Assembly: GCF_009914755.1 (NCBI RefSeq)
Contig: NC_060938.1
Reading direction: 5' to 3' (one strand)
DNA from: the human T2T-CHM13v2.0 reference genome, Homo sapiens
Length of the DNA: 64,000 nucleotides
Shown here: positions 44,225 through 59,190 of the stretch, one piece after another
Layout of the letters: the number at the start of each line of letters is the position of its first letter
Position numbering within the stretch: position 1 is the stretch's first letter
Translations under genes and position numbers: made by a program
Notes under the pieces: generated by a model
The model's input: only the letters and a program-made list of their open reading frames with translations
Databases searched by the model: none
Told to the model about the DNA's origin: nothing

Positions 44225-44816
44225 TGTGGCAGAAAGACCCTAAGATGACTCCCAATGATTCCTGTCTCTTGTTTTTCATATATTTGTGTAATTCCTTCAG
44301 TGTCAGGGAAAAACCGTGACTTCTTTCTGATTAACAGAACCTAAAAAATGTTACAGAATGTCACTTCTGTGATCGTATTATGTACATAAGATTCCATTTT
44401 AGCAGACTGGAGCTAGAGATTCTTCTTGTGGGTTTGAAATAAGTAGTCACTTTTGAGAAGCCCATGGGACAAACTATTGCAGGTAGCTTCTAGGACCTGC
44501 AGGCATATTCTAGGGTCTCAGGGTAGCTCCAGCAAATAACCAGCAAATACCAGGGCCTCTATCATACAACACAAAGAAATTAATTCTTCACATAACTTGA
44601 ATAAGCTTGGAAGGGATTTTTCCCCAGTTGAGCGTCTAGATAAGAACACAGCCCAACCAACAGTCTGACTGCAGCCTTGTGAGACCCAGAACAGAGGATC
44701 TAGCTAAGCCATGCTTGGAATCCTGACACATAGAAACTGTGAGACAATAAATATGTTATTTAAAGCTTTTGACTTTGTATAATGTAATTCTTTATGCAGA
44801 AATAATAACCAACACA
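44225..44816 (+). mobile_element. MLT1E/F-type MaLR LTR
   Basis: Starts tgtggcag. Contains gactgcagccttgtgagacccag...gaaactgtgagacaataaat and ends aaccaacaca. Confidence 0.8.
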
Positions 44817-47264
44817 GCACCATCAATTTTATTATGTTTAGCATTAAAATATCTTGAGTCAATAATTAAACCTCATATCATCTATCTTTTGAAATTATTC
44901 TGAGACTAAATGTCCGTGGCTCTGAAAAAGGGATACAATAGTAATGGTGCATAGTTTACAGAGATAAAACCATAGTTCAAGGATTTTCCTTGGCAATCTC
45001 ATTTTAATTTCATTGCAGTATTTTCAATAAAGGAAACTTAAATATATAATAAATGCAATTTAATCTTCTTAAAATAAAATCTATACCCACAACATTAATT
45101 GACGGTGAAGCAATACAATAAAGTTATTTTCAATGAAATCCAAGCAGAAAAAAAAAGTGTCTAAAATTATTGGGAAGTCTCCTCAAAAAGAAGAAGCATG
45201 CTTTACTTTTGGAGGAAATGTGGAATTAATAGCTGGAGTTTAAGTAGTCAGGGTTATAAGATGTACCATTTATTGATGGTGGTTGAGGATTAAGATGGAA
45301 GAAGCCTGAATTCCCAAGGACTTTGTGGAACAGAACCATCGTGTTACTTTCTGAAATGATACATCACTTAACCTGAGTGAAATAATTTTCTAGACTGTTT
45401 AAATAATGGTTAAGCCATATTTAAATCCTGGTTATTTGGAGTTTATTTACATGTTCAGAGAAAAGCATTTACAGCAGTAATCATTAATTTGTGAATCATA
45501 AAATATTATCACAGCCTGCACCTTTCTATTTGGCTGAAGAATAATGATTAACATAACCCTGGTAAAGTCATATACAAAAGTCACCATAACTGTAGCATAG
45601 AGATATACAAAAAGCTAGTATTTCAGAATAAAGTAACATGTGAAGAAAGGCAGAGTCCCACAAATGTGTGATGATTTGGGGGAAGGCAGCATAGTCAAAT
45701 TTGAATTGAATTTGGAATAACTGGTAGAACTGAAATAGAGATTATGCTATATATTTTATTTTAAATATTAATGAATGCTTTGAAGAATTATGACAATGAA
45801 GAATTTGCATATCATCCTATAGGCAATGAACAGAATCAACCTTTCTCACTTAAGATAAGCTAGGTTTTCTAGGAAAATAAAGCCCAACAATATGAAAATT
45901 TCAGAGATCAGATAAAAGGAAACTGCAGTATCCCAGAAGAGAATATAAGGCTTAAGAAGTGCAATAGATATAAAACCAAAATTACTTCAAGATACTATGC
46001 AAATGTAAAACTGGCAAAGTTTTTCAGAGAAAGTTTTTATTGTTCTCTTTCTGATGTTTAATCTTGTACCTCACACTTAGTAAGTAGAGAGTAAATACTT
46101 GTTAAATACATTCCTGACTGTAAAAAAAATCAGTTGAGAGTACATATTGGTGGTTTTATACTCAATTATAATTTATGGTTATGCAATAAAAAATCTATTA
46201 TATATATACACTGTTAACTTTTGAAAAAAAAACACCACCCCTTTAGTATCTTTCATTTAAAAGAATCTTAAAATGTCTCCATTGATAAAATTCCTAAATA
46301 TTTTACAACTCTAAGTATATATAACTGTGTACATGCACTTTCTGGAAGTTAGAAGGGCATTCTACTTTTATCTCCTGGATTATATAGGGAACATTGATTA
46401 CCATTTTATTTTGCTCTTATTTTCTTTGATCTAAAACCATGTAATAAATGCATATGCTTAGACTATTGCATTTAAGCAACTAGACAAAACAAAAAAGCTA
46501 AATATAAAAACTATGCTTTTTTTCACATTATTGTCTTGCCTGACTTGTCAAGAAATATTAGTCTCCCGATGCCCATAAACATTTCAGTAAAAACATAATG
46601 TCAGAAACAAGTCTGTTAAAGTAAAGAAATATGAAGAAAGTGTAGTTAGTGGGAACATAATTAGAATAGCTTAGAACTAACATCTTGATTGCTAAATATT
46701 TAGGAATATCAATTAGAACAATTTGAAAGACATAGATAATTTAAAACTTTATAAATAAATGCTGCATTTTGCTGCAGATTGCCTGTATCTTCACGTTCAA
46801 AAAAAGAATAAAAGTGCATCTTCATTAATCTCTGGTGCTGTCAACCGAATCTACCAGTAGATTCTGTCATCTGGTTTCCTATATAATCAAGCTGCTGGAA
46901 ACATCTTTTCTCTGCTATATTGTGTAATGGGCATAACATTTCAATGTTGAAGCATCCCTTGGGGTTGGTTTAAGCCAATGTGTAGCTTAAACCTACACAG
47001 TCTACTGATGTAGGTGACCTGAAACCTCGCAGGTTGATTTTCCTCATTGACTGCTTCTTGCAGTTGTAAGCTTATTCCAGTTAGCCCTTTAGGTGGCAAA
47101 AGCAACCCCTTCTCACAACTTTGCTGAGTTGTAAGACACGTGCACCCATGTCTCCAGGGTCTAGCTTGCTTAGTGTGATAAAACTGAGGACAGTTGACAA
47201 AACTGTTCTATTCATCTCGTATAATTTTTAACAGCAGGGTTCTTTGAAATAGTGAGTTGTAAAG

Positions 47265-47717
47265 TGTATTTGTTATCTAAGACTGCCACGACAAACAGCC
47301 ACAAACTGGGTGGCTTAAACAAACAAACAAACAAAAACTATCTTCTCACAAGTCTGAAGGCCAGGAGTCTGAAACCAAGGTCTTGGCAGGACCCTACTTC
47401 CTACTTCTGTAGAGACTCCAGGGGAGAATATATTCCTTGGCTCTTCCAGCTTCTTGTGGCTCCAGGGGTTCTTCAGATTGTGGTTGCATTACTGCACGCT
47501 CACATTGCCTCCTCTTCTCTCTCAAAACTCCCCCTGCCTCTCTCTTATAAGAATACATGCTATTGCATTTGAGGCCCACCCAGATAATTCAAGATAAGTT
47601 CCTTCTCTCAAAATCCTTAACTTAATTACATATGTTGCCATATAAGTTAATATCCACAGGTTCCAGGGATTAGAACGTAGACTTATCTTTTTCAGAGGGC
47701 ACTAGCTAGCTTCCTAA
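47265..47717 (-). mobile_element. MLT1B/C-type MaLR LTR
   Basis: cacaaactgggtggcttaaacaa...ctcttccagcttcttgtggc...tctcttataagaatac...aatccttaacttaattaca...cacaggttccagggattag. Confidence 0.85.
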
Positions 47718-49640
47718 AATATATATGATTTATTTTCAACTTAAGCCATCCTTTTACCCTCTCTGTATTCACTTTTTTCTCATTTAAAAATTATTTTCAG
47801 AAATTTTCTTTCACTGAATCATTAACTCTTTTGTTCATCCTCCATCTATTTAATCACTCTAGATTTACTGGTTTTCTTTTCTAGATCAAGAAATGTGATG
47901 GGACATAATGGGGTATAACATAGAATGATATTCAGTCATGCCATGAAAAAATAAGCCCAGATATTTTGAAGTATTGAAGTATATGTTTTTCCAGAGTTAA
48001 ATATTGAGACATTTTGAATCTTTGATAAACTGAAATGCATGCTCCAGTTAAATCCTGTGCTATAATATTACAGAACTATTAAAATAGAAGTATTTATGTC
48101 TACATATTAATATATAAGTAATATAGATAATACTTGGAATTTCAAATTTACAAATGGGCTTATTCTAATAAATCAATATGCTACCTTAACCTTTAGAACT
48201 TGTAAAAAATAGCCCATCATAGAAGATGAAAAATGGCATCTGGGTTTCTACTAAAGCTCATGAAGCTCACTTAAACCTCATAAAACTGCTATGACTTCAC
48301 CATTAAAATACGAGTAAATAAAATATATGCAAATGCAAAGTATTTTTTAGTATTATAGTTAATTATCTTTAACATGGATAATATACTACAAGCTAGGCTC
48401 ATCACAGTTTCCAAAATACCTTTGCTTACTTTGTTCTTTTTCCTAGCAGGAAACTATTTTCACACCCCTTCTGACATTTAAGTGAACACAACTGTATTCT
48501 CTTAGCCCCTTACTCTAACATACATCATAAACATAGAATTTTAAAAGAAGAAAGAAAAGAGGAATAATCTTTTAAGATTTCCTGTGAGCTAATACAGGTA
48601 TAGACGTCATTGCATTTTAGTTCAATTCCGTACATTTCGGTGTATAGGTAGATCAAGTGTACTTTGGGATGACTATACAAAATTCATGGTAAGTGGAAGA
48701 GTAAAATAATTGAAAAAATAAAATTTAAAATGTTTTTGGTTGAGTCTCAGAAGTAAACAGCATTATCTTGAAAGATTTGCTTTGTGCATTAAAAATATAT
48801 GGATCTTTGTATACTTCTATTCCCTGACTCTCTTACGTTAGATTCAAAGTTTCGAGTCATGAGAAATTCATAAGGAATACTAATCCTGATATGTTTTAGT
48901 AAATGAACTAATTGGTGTTTCAAAGTTTCATCCAGACATCTGATATGCTTTCCTAGATTAGACTAGCTAATATTACATTTCAGAAAGCAAAAATGGCGAA
49001 AGGCAGTTCATAATTAGAGAGTTCCCTCATGAGTTAGAAATTACCACTTAGAATTTATGCTATTAATAAGTTTTAAGTCTGGAACATTTTAATCATTTTT
49101 ATGACTTCTTTTTAGATAACACATAATGTCCAGTTTCTTTTTTTTACTACCATGAACATTTCAACTATTACAACTAACTTTACCTATGACAAAGAAAATG
49201 AGGAGTATTTTCTTTTAATGCATTCCTAATTTGTCACTCATAAATAATGTACAGTATATAGATTATAAAAATAACGTAAATAATTACATAAGACATAATA
49301 CAGAGGGAATGTTTAAAACACAATGACATAAAGAGTCAATACTTCTCCCTAATTTACTATCTGTCAGATACAACTCTACTGCTTTTTCTTGGAATATTTG
49401 TAAACATATGGCCAGTCAAAGACAAAATTGAAAGTCACCATATATTGCCAGGTAGTAAATAAATACATATATAAATAAGCAAATAAACAAAAGAAAAAAA
49501 ATTCTGGTAATAAGAAAACCAGAGCAATTATCTATTCACATGAGATTTGAATAGAAAAAAAAAAATGTTTGCAACTTGATCTAATTAAAGCCAGCCAACA
49601 CTACAGTATGTCTTATTATTATTGAAACACTCAAAATAAC

Positions 49641-50025
49641 TGATATGGTTTGGCTCTGTGTCCTCACCTAAATCTCATGTGGAATTGTAATCCCCACTTC
49701 TCAGGGGAGGGCTCTAGTGGGAGGTAATTGGATCATGGGGGTGGATTTCCCCCTTGCTGTTCTCGTGATGGTGAGTCAGTTCCCATGAGATCTGATAGTT
49801 TAAAAGTGTGTGACACTTCCCCCTTCACTCTCTCTCTCTTTGCTGCCACCATGTGAAGTAGGTCCTTGCTTCCCCTTTGCCTTTTGCCATGACTGTAAGT
49901 TTCCTGAGGCTTCCCAGTCATGCTTCCTGTTTAGCTTGTAGAACTGAGTCAGTTAAACCTCTTTTCTTCATAAATTACCCAGTCTCAGGTAGTTCTTTAT
50001 AGCACTGTGAGAATTGACTAATATA
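49641..50025 (+). mobile_element. MSTA (or THE1D) MaLR solo LTR
   Basis: tgatatggtttggctctgtg...ccagtctcaggtagttctttatagca...gactaatata. Perfect 5-bp TSD ATAAC at 49636-49640 and 50026-50030. Confidence 0.92.
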
Positions 50026-50279
50026 ATAACCAATTTCCTCCTCACTAACTCTACTAGAATTCAGATAACCTTCTATGTAATTTTGTAGGCCTGTCCATTC
50101 TTTTAACTATTAAAATAAATTTGACTTAAAAATAAATTTGTAGAAACTCTAACTTGAGGAGTCAAGCTGTTCTATGCTCCATTGATTTACAAATGTTTTC
50201 ATTCTTATATTGACATAGGTCTAAGATCTCTTGGTCTAATAAAACAAAATGTATAAAAAGAAAATATCTGGAATCCTAC

Positions 50280-50549
50280 CTGTAACAAGAAAGCTGCATC
50301 TCCCAGCTCCAGCTTCATTTATGATGCTACAGTTATAAACCCCATAGTTTTCATTGGAAAGACTCTTCACAGCGTACTCTGTGTATTCCTGAGAGTCAAA
50401 TTGACCCGTCCGTAATAATTTATTGCCCAAGCGCCACTCATAGGTCAGCACCCGTATTGGATAGGCTCTCAGTACTCTGCAACTCATAGTGACACTTCGA
50501 TCCTGTCCTTGCCGGATTTCCAAGAATGCTGGTTCCACTGCAGGGGGAT
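50280..50549 (-). CDS. MDGA2: MDGA2 internal coding exon (270 nt, phase 1/1) encoding Ig-like domain 6
   Basis: Translates as (Y)[89 protein letters not shown](G). It has the Ig hallmarks (B-strand Cys, C-strand Trp, YGVYNC F-strand motif) and I recognise it as MDGA2. Acceptor on minus strand is tttttacatatcttttctacag|AT (AG at 50551-50550). Donor is ACAG|gtagga (GT at 50279-50278). Confidence 0.97.
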
Positions 50550-52151
50550 CTGTAGAAAAGATATGTAAAAACAGATGAAAGATGTGACTTGCAATAAGCC
50601 AAAAGCTACTCTTATTAGAAGAAGCCATTTGCAGTAACACATGCAGCAATAGAGGAGGAGTGTAGGAGGTGAATGAAGAACATATTTAAGCCCAGAAATT
50701 TTAGCTTGGGTTGGGAAATGTGATTTCCTGAGGGTAGGAAGTAAATGAGCCTCCTTGCTTTACAAATGCATTTGCAGGTGAAACTACTAGAGCTGACTGA
50801 TCCTTCGTACCTCTTTCAGCAAATATTTTTAAACTTTCCTATTAATTCTAATATTATCAATATATTCCTTTTTTGTTTGTTTGGGGTCCTTTGTCTAAAA
50901 GTGGTAAGAATTCTTTTTTTATTATGCAATGAAAAGATTCCTTTCTTCATTTACTTCATGGTCTGATACTGAAGGCAGCTATTTAAAAAGCTAATTTACA
51001 AAACTGTATGAAAAATAATTCTACAGTGCTAAGTAAATAAGAAGTGAATGACACTATGAGAGTTGACCAGGCAAGTATGCTACAAAAATAATGCTCAGCT
51101 GTGTCTTCCAGAATGTATAGGAGATGGTCAGGTGAGTAAGCAGTAAGAGAAGGCATTCCAGGTAGAGGAATGGGTACATACAAAGGTACAAAATCTGAAG
51201 AGGAAGGGATGTTCAGAGAAATGCAGATGGATTAGCATAGCTGATGCACAAAAGAAGACCATAAGCGCTTGGGGGGAAATAAAGATGAAAAGAAAGAGAC
51301 TCTATTCAAGGAATGCATTTTCTTGGTATTGAGGAGGTCTTCTAAAATTTTTAAATAAAGGATTTATATGATCAAATAATTTTTTTCTTTGGAAAAACAC
51401 TGTGGTAGACAGGAAAAGCATAAACCACAGAGGGAAGAGACAAGTTGCAAAAAAATTAAATCACTGGTGAAAGCCTGAACTAAGGTGAGGTCAGTGGGAC
51501 CAAAAATGATGCCTTAGGCAATGAAGTGGATAACAGTGTCAGTCATGAAGACAGTGAGGAAAAGGAGAGGTAGATTGGTGTGTGTTGAATGTGTCCATTT
51601 CATGCACCTGTCAATTACATCCAGAAGCAGTGTTTCTTCATTTCCAAACATATGGGTAATGTTTTATTTTCTCTTTGCTTTTGATTTTTTGCTTAACTGA
51701 ATTGTAGTCAGATAAAATAGTCCACATGTTTTCAATCCTCTGAATTTGTTAACACTTGCTGTATGACACAATATATAATAGATTTCTGTTCTGGGTGTGC
51801 CCGCTAAGAAGGAATAGTCTGCACTTTTGAAGTGTGATTGATATGTATCTATTGGGCCAACTCTAATATCGAGGAGTTGTCCAAATCATCTATATGGTTG
51901 TTTATTCATTTATTTTTTGCCTACTTATTCCAGTTGAATTAATTCATAAGAGTATGTTAAACTCCTCTAAAAAAAGTTAAAAGTTTTAGATATCTAATTT
52001 AAAAAATTCTCCTTGTAGTTCTGCCTCCTTTTTGCTTTACCTGTTTTGAGGTTATGCTATTAAGTATATATGAATTTAGAATTGTTTTATGTTGTCCATG
52101 AGTTGAATATTGAATATTTATCACTATAATCTCTTTTATCTCCAGCAATGC

Positions 52152-52196
<45 letters not shown>

Positions 52197-52217
52197 ATAC
52201 ATACATATATATATATA
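52152..52217. repeat. (TA)n-(TG)~17-(TA)n microsatellite
   Basis: Directly visible. Confidence 0.93.
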
Positions 52218-52833
52218 GTCTAACATTATCATGGCTACATTGGCATTTATTATGTTAGTATTTGCATGTGATATTTTTCCATCCTTTTAATCTTATACTT
52301 TTAATATCTTTATAAGTATTTTTATTCTTATACTTTCAGTATCTTTAAATTTTACAAGCACCTCTTTTAAACATCATGAGCTTATGCTTTATTTTTTAGG
52401 ATTTTTTTTAAGTCTGTCAATCTTTTTTTAACCCAGAGCACTTAGCACTTTATTCATTGACATTTACTGTAACTACTTATTTTGTACTTTTATTTTATTA
52501 CATTTTTGTATTAAATTTACTGTAACATTATTTTGTACTATTTGTTTTCTGCTACTCTTTATTGCCTTCTTTTAGATGGATGGATTACATTATCATTCTG
52601 ATCTTTTTGCCACTACTACTTGAAGATTTATTTACTCTGTTTCTACTACTCCGATTGTCTCAAAGCTTGCAACATGCATACTTAAGTTATCCAAAAACAT
52701 CAATCAATACCCTTATTATACTACTGAAGAACACAATAATCTAAGGATAATTTGTTCCTTTTATTCTCATTCTAACGTGTTACTGTGTCATGAATTTCAA
52801 TCCTCTTTTTTTAATAAAAAGTCTGTTGTACAT

Positions 52834-53192
<359 letters not shown>

Positions 53193-53504
53193 TTATTTGC
53201 CCTTCATTCCTTCTTTCATTGTAGACTTTCCATCTGTGATGACTTTCCTTGTGTCTGAAGTTATCATTTAGATCTATCATATCTTTAGTGAACTTTTTGA
53301 TCATGATTTTCTAAAAAATATATTTTAGTTTGTGGGCTGGGAAACCAAGAGCTCTTAATGCTATACCCAAAGACTGAAGTTCTTTATAGGACACCATACA
53401 CACGAAATAGTGCTATGTTTTCCTAAGGAGATCCAAGACTTAGCCACTCGTAAGCAGGCAATAATCCATGATTAGTGATGTGGGGAAGTAAATAAAGGTC
53501 TCAA

Positions 53505-53855
53505 AGTATATGTATGTCTGTATGTATGTGTGTGTATACATTTTTATGTTATATATATACACACACATATACATACATATGTGTATATATACACATATAT
53601 GTACATGAAATATAATTTTCATTTTATATGTATATGTGTATATGCACACATATGTAGAATTTGTGTACATATTATACATATATAGAATTATACATATGTA
53701 TACACATATACATATGTGTACATATAAGTTAAAATACATATATATTTTAATATTTTATATATACACATGTTTTATATATACATATATGTATATATAATGT
53801 TTTATATATACATATATGTGTATGCGTATATATATATACACACACACACACATAA
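53505..53855. repeat. Degenerate (TA/CA/TG) low-complexity tract
   Basis: About 350 nt of tatatgtgta/tacacata units, including a repeated atgtttatatatacatatatgt. Confidence 0.85.
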
Positions 53856-54473
53856 AACATTAAAAGGTATTTTCCTTGTAGGTTGGCAGGCTTTGTTCTT
53901 TCAGCGCATCATTATATAATTCCACTGTCTTCAGATGGCCATTGTTGGTGTAAAGAGGTCAACTCAAAGTCTCACACTTTGACGTGAATGTCTTTTTTTT
54001 CCTCCAGCCACTTTCGAAATACCTTTGTCATTGCTGTTCTGCAGTTTCAATATACGGTTCCTAGTGATGAGTTTCTTTTTACTTATGGGTTTGAAATTTG
54101 TTGGGCTTCTTAGATCTGTTAAGTTTGGTGTCTTTCATCTGAGGTAATTTTGGAAAATTCTCATCATTAGCTGTTTAAATAACACCTCTATTTCCTTCTT
54201 TATAGCCTCATTAGATGATCCTGTTCATTCTGCTTTTGATGTCTTTTAACCCCTTTTCAAATTTTGCACTTGTTGGTTTTTCTGTACTGCATTATGAATA
54301 AATTCGTCTGAGCTAATTCAGTTCTTAATTCTTTCTCCAATCCTACTTAATCTGCAAAATATATATTGTGTATTAATTCCAATAACGTATACTTCATTTA
54401 TTCTTTTTCTGTATAGTTATTTTGTATACCTGCACACCACTTTTTTGTATGTTTCCACTACCTGAAAAAGTAG

Positions 54474-54823
<350 letters not shown>

Positions 54824-55589
54824 ACTGCCTGATAATTTCAATTGAAGTTTTGAGGAAGTTTTTCTGTTGGTTTTCTTTCAAAGTACTGTCTTCCTGTGTG
54901 TTCTTGATTAATTTTGATCAATTTGATTCTATGCTATTTGTTGCCCTTTAAAAATATTTATAGGATATGCTGATGACTAAAATGATGGTTTCTTTCTCCA
55001 GAGAAAATTTGTGTCCACGGGCAACTATAGACATCACTGTCTAGGATCACATTTAAGTGCATGACTTGAGGCTGATTTGAATTATCAAGTGACTTGAATT
55101 TGAGTTAAAAATCCATATAAAGGTCAACTTGTAACTATAATTTCAAGAATGGATAACCACATCATCCCATCCTGTTCATTTCAAAGTCACACATTTCCTG
55201 CACTCCCTTGGGAGTGGGAATGTGTAGATTGGGTTTACTTCTGCTTTACTCCTACCCTACAGATATAATCCTTTGAGATCCAACTTCTTGGGAGACAGTT
55301 CTACCAACAGATCCCTCCCCTAGTGAATATTCTGGGTTTGAAGTTCTGCACCCCTTGCCCAAAGATGCCATCAGAATTGAAGCTCAAATTTGTCCATATT
55401 CAGCAAATACCCTCAAGGCAAATGTAACTTCATTGTACTTCTTTCATTAAATTTGACAAAGTATTTTTCAAATAAACATTTTAAATGTTTTTAATATTAA
55501 TTTTACAATATTGTCCAGATTTTAGTTGTTTACATTGGAGAGATTTTACATAATATTTTGTCTATTACATGCCTAGAAACATGTATCTG

Positions 55590-56765
55590 ATTGTCAAGGG
55601 AAAAAATGGATCTTAAACTCAGAAGAAAGGGCTGACTGAAGGTTACAGTTATTAAGATAGCTCAGAGTGAGTATAGACAAAAATAAGTAAAATGCCAAAT
55701 ATGAACTTTACTCTTGAATATAATCACTTATGGGGTTAGAGAAAAATAAAAGCTTTTAAAGGAGAATAATCATAAACAATCAGTGAGATGTGGGGATCTA
55801 GAGTGTTGTGTTACAAAAATTAAAGGAGCTGCATGTTTTAGAGAACAAGAGTGGTCAAAAGTACCAAATGCTATCAAAAAACAAGTTAAGACTGAAGATA
55901 TGTAAAATATATATTTTTTCTTTGACAAGTTTAGTACCATTAAGGAATATAGTGAAGCATTTTTTCTGTGTATTATATATAATTTGGGTTTGGGGTATGT
56001 GAATTGATGGTTAAACTGTAGAAATAATGAGTGATAACTGTTCAAGAACACTGTCCATGATTTTAAAAGATAATTATTTATGATGATTCTACCTTAAAAT
56101 ATATTAGGAGCTTATACATTTGTCACTATATCCACTACCACTACTATTATTTCTCACATGGACTACAACAAATTCCCTGCAGTATACCTGTAATAGGTCA
56201 ATGTACTTCTTTTGTTCTCTCATTCTTCTGAGATTTGTCAAATGCGTGTTTAACAGAAAAATCAGCTCATGTTACTTTCCTGTTCGAAAAACTTTATGGA
56301 CTTACCCTTGTTTGCTATTCAGGACTTCAAGGTCCTGCAAGTTCTGGCTCTGGCCATATTCTCAACTATTCTTGTCTTGATGACTATGTCCCAAACACAT
56401 AAGTTTTCTTCTTGTTTCTACATGACAAGTCTTTTGTAGACTTTAGACCTCTAATTTGTTCTTTCTGCCTGAGATGTTCTTTCCTTTGGTCTTTCAATAG
56501 CTGGCTCATTCTCATCATTCAGATTTTACCTCTTTAGGAAGCCCATCTTTGATGACAAGTTAGTAAAGTAACTTCTCCCTTGGTTAATTTTTATTTATCA
56601 TTGCATATATTTTCTGCATATGTTCACTCTTTGTTCATATCTTGTTTATGTAAGCTCCATTACAAAGGGACCTAAAATTCTCCAATCATTGTTGCATCCT
56701 ATGTGTCTATTACAGTATCTGTCATTATAATTGGTGATATATCATTATTCATTAAATAAATGAAT
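55590..56765. mobile_element. Two L2 fragments in opposite orientation (minus ~55590-56060, plus ~56100-56765)
   Basis: Purine-rich gagtggtcaaaagtaccaaatgct block, then a pyrimidine-rich block (ctggctcattctcatcattcag...gtaagctccattacaaaggg...taaatgaat) typical of the L2 3' end. Confidence 0.55.
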
Positions 56766-56770
56766 ACTTG

Positions 56771-57254
56771 AGTGGTGTTAAAAGAGTAAAGATGTACACA
56801 TTCTCTTCAAAATTCCTCCCATCAAGACCTGGAGTTTATGTTCATTTCATTAAGTCTGGATGGGCTCTGTGATTATTTTCACTATTAGAACACAGAGCAG
56901 AAGTGATGCTGTGCCAATTTCTGGGACCAGGACACAAGTGTCTGGCAGTTCCACTTCCTATCTTTTGAAGCACCCACTCTGGAAGTGCTGAACCCCATGT
57001 AAAACTTCAACCTCTCCTCTGCAAAAACCATGTGAAGAGGCCCAGAGACAATATGGAGAAGGAGAGGGCAGAGTTTAGCTTAGACTTCCACTTGTCCCTT
57101 CCAAGGTTCCAGACACAAGAAACCATCTTGGACATTAGAGACCAGATCAGCTATCCACTGTTAGAATTACTATGATTAGATATAATAAAATGTGGTTCTT
57201 TTAAGCTCTGAAGTATTGGAGTAGTTTGTTACATAGCAAGAAATAACTGAAACA
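56771..57254 (+). mobile_element. MLT1G/H-type MaLR LTR
   Basis: cctcccatcaaga...gcagaagtgatgctgtgccaatttctgg...ggagtagtttgttacatagcaagaaataactgaaaca. Confidence 0.75.
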
Positions 57255-57758
57255 GATGCCTTCTATCCTTCAAAAGTCAAGAGTCTGACACTATGAGTGG
57301 AGTCAAAAGGACAAGGAGGCAAAACATTAAGGCATAGTTTAAGGGACAGTCTAAGCTGGTTCAGGAAGGAAAGAATTCAGAAGGAAACTCATAGGGGAAG
57401 ACAGCCAACAGACTGATTTGCTAGAACAACTTGAAAACTTGAAAAGCAAATACATTGAGGACAAAGGTATCCGGGAGCCAGAACGTTTCAGTTAATGAAC
57501 AGCATATTGTTGCAATTTAATAGCTCACAGGTAGAGAAGTTTGGAATGATTACAAAATCAAAGATATGACCGTTGGAATGTAATACTGAAGTGGAGATTA
57601 ATGATACTACAGTCAAATACTAATAAGTTAAGTGAATACAGTCTTTGCTGTCAAGTTATATTTGTATTTGCCTAGCAAAGTTAACGTGTTTGTAGCTATT
57701 TTTTTTCTTCTTACAAAAGGAGAAATTTCCTTTTAAGTGGAAGAGGTTGTCAGTGTAA

Positions 57759-58110
<352 letters not shown>

Positions 58111-59002
58111 TATATTTACTTTTTTATAGATGATTTTTGTGAGAATTCTTTGAAAGTATCCGACTTAATGAATTATTACCAGCAATGGGGGTTTTTCTAG
58201 ACTCTATATATGAATGTCATTTGCCCACACCTGAAAGATTCAGCCCATTCAATTTTCAATGGCCTGTAAGGAAGAATGATAATGTTGGGTTAAAATTCTT
58301 CAAACATAGTCTATTTTCATAAAGTTTAATAGAGTCTGAGTTGCAAAGCATCCCTAAATTAAAGGCTATTTAAAAGGCCTTTTATTTAAAAGACTGCCCA
58401 CACTACTTTGATTCCAGGGTGGTTTCTTCACCGCAAAAAAGCTAAATAATATTAAACCAAGCGCACTCATTATAGTGCACTCAAGTCTGTCAATGGAAAA
58501 TTTCTCCTGATAGATGGTTCATTTTAAGCATACTAGCTATTAATAGTTGGACATTTCATTCTTTGGAATATCCGGTGAGAAGGATAGGCCTTTGCAGTTA
58601 TGATGAAATGTATAGTGTGAAAATTTCGAATATGATGAAAGAAATCTTCAGGTGTTAAAAAAAAGTTAGAGCTCACTATTGTGATAGAATCAGTTTTTTA
58701 TGGCATAAAATTTATTCAGAATGTTTTTATGAAGTATTCAACATGAAGGAAATGAAATATATAGGAATATTATGAGAAAAATCTACTTAGCATATTCTGA
58801 AATGCTTAAAAGTAGGATTTCTTAAGAAAAGTAGGTGCCTGTGTTTTGTTCAATTAAAATATATGACTCTTATATTATTATATTATACAAGTTTTTTCAC
58901 TTATACTAAGATAGTTGGTTAAAAAGTCTATTTATGAAACTACCACACTACATGTATACTGAAGGATGATTATAAAAATAAAGATTATATTTCTTGACAC
59001 TG

Positions 59003-59190
59003 AATATTTACTAAATGCTAGATACTGTGTTAAGATATTCACACAGATTATCTTTTTATAACAATAACCCATTTATAGAAGAAAAAGAAAAGACGAACAG
59101 AAAAATTAAGCAAGTCACCCAGCTAAAAAGTAGCAGACTAAGGAATCAAACAAGGCAATCTGATTTCAGAATGCATGCTCTTAAAAACAG
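59003..59190 (-). mobile_element. MIR
   Basis: cccatttatagaagaa...aagtcacccagctaaaaagtagcagactaaggaatcaaacaaggcaatctgatttcagaatgcatgctcttaa. Confidence 0.65.

Noticed and set aside
46847-46864. Perfect 8-bp inverted repeat gaatctac-ca-gtagattc
   Set aside because: Too short to be a pre-miRNA or transposon end, and expected by chance in 64 kb.
50236-50649. 137-aa ORF as a standalone gene, or as a truncated isoform with a hydrophobic tail ([14 protein letters not shown])
   Set aside because: Only 50280-50549 is exon; the flanks are intron read-through. U-rich intron sequence naturally encodes F/L/I/Y, and I see no canonical poly(A) signal close downstream on the minus strand.
53440-53739. 99-aa Y/I/C-rich ORF (also at 26638 and 51999)
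   Set aside because: Translation of TA/TG microsatellite sequence.
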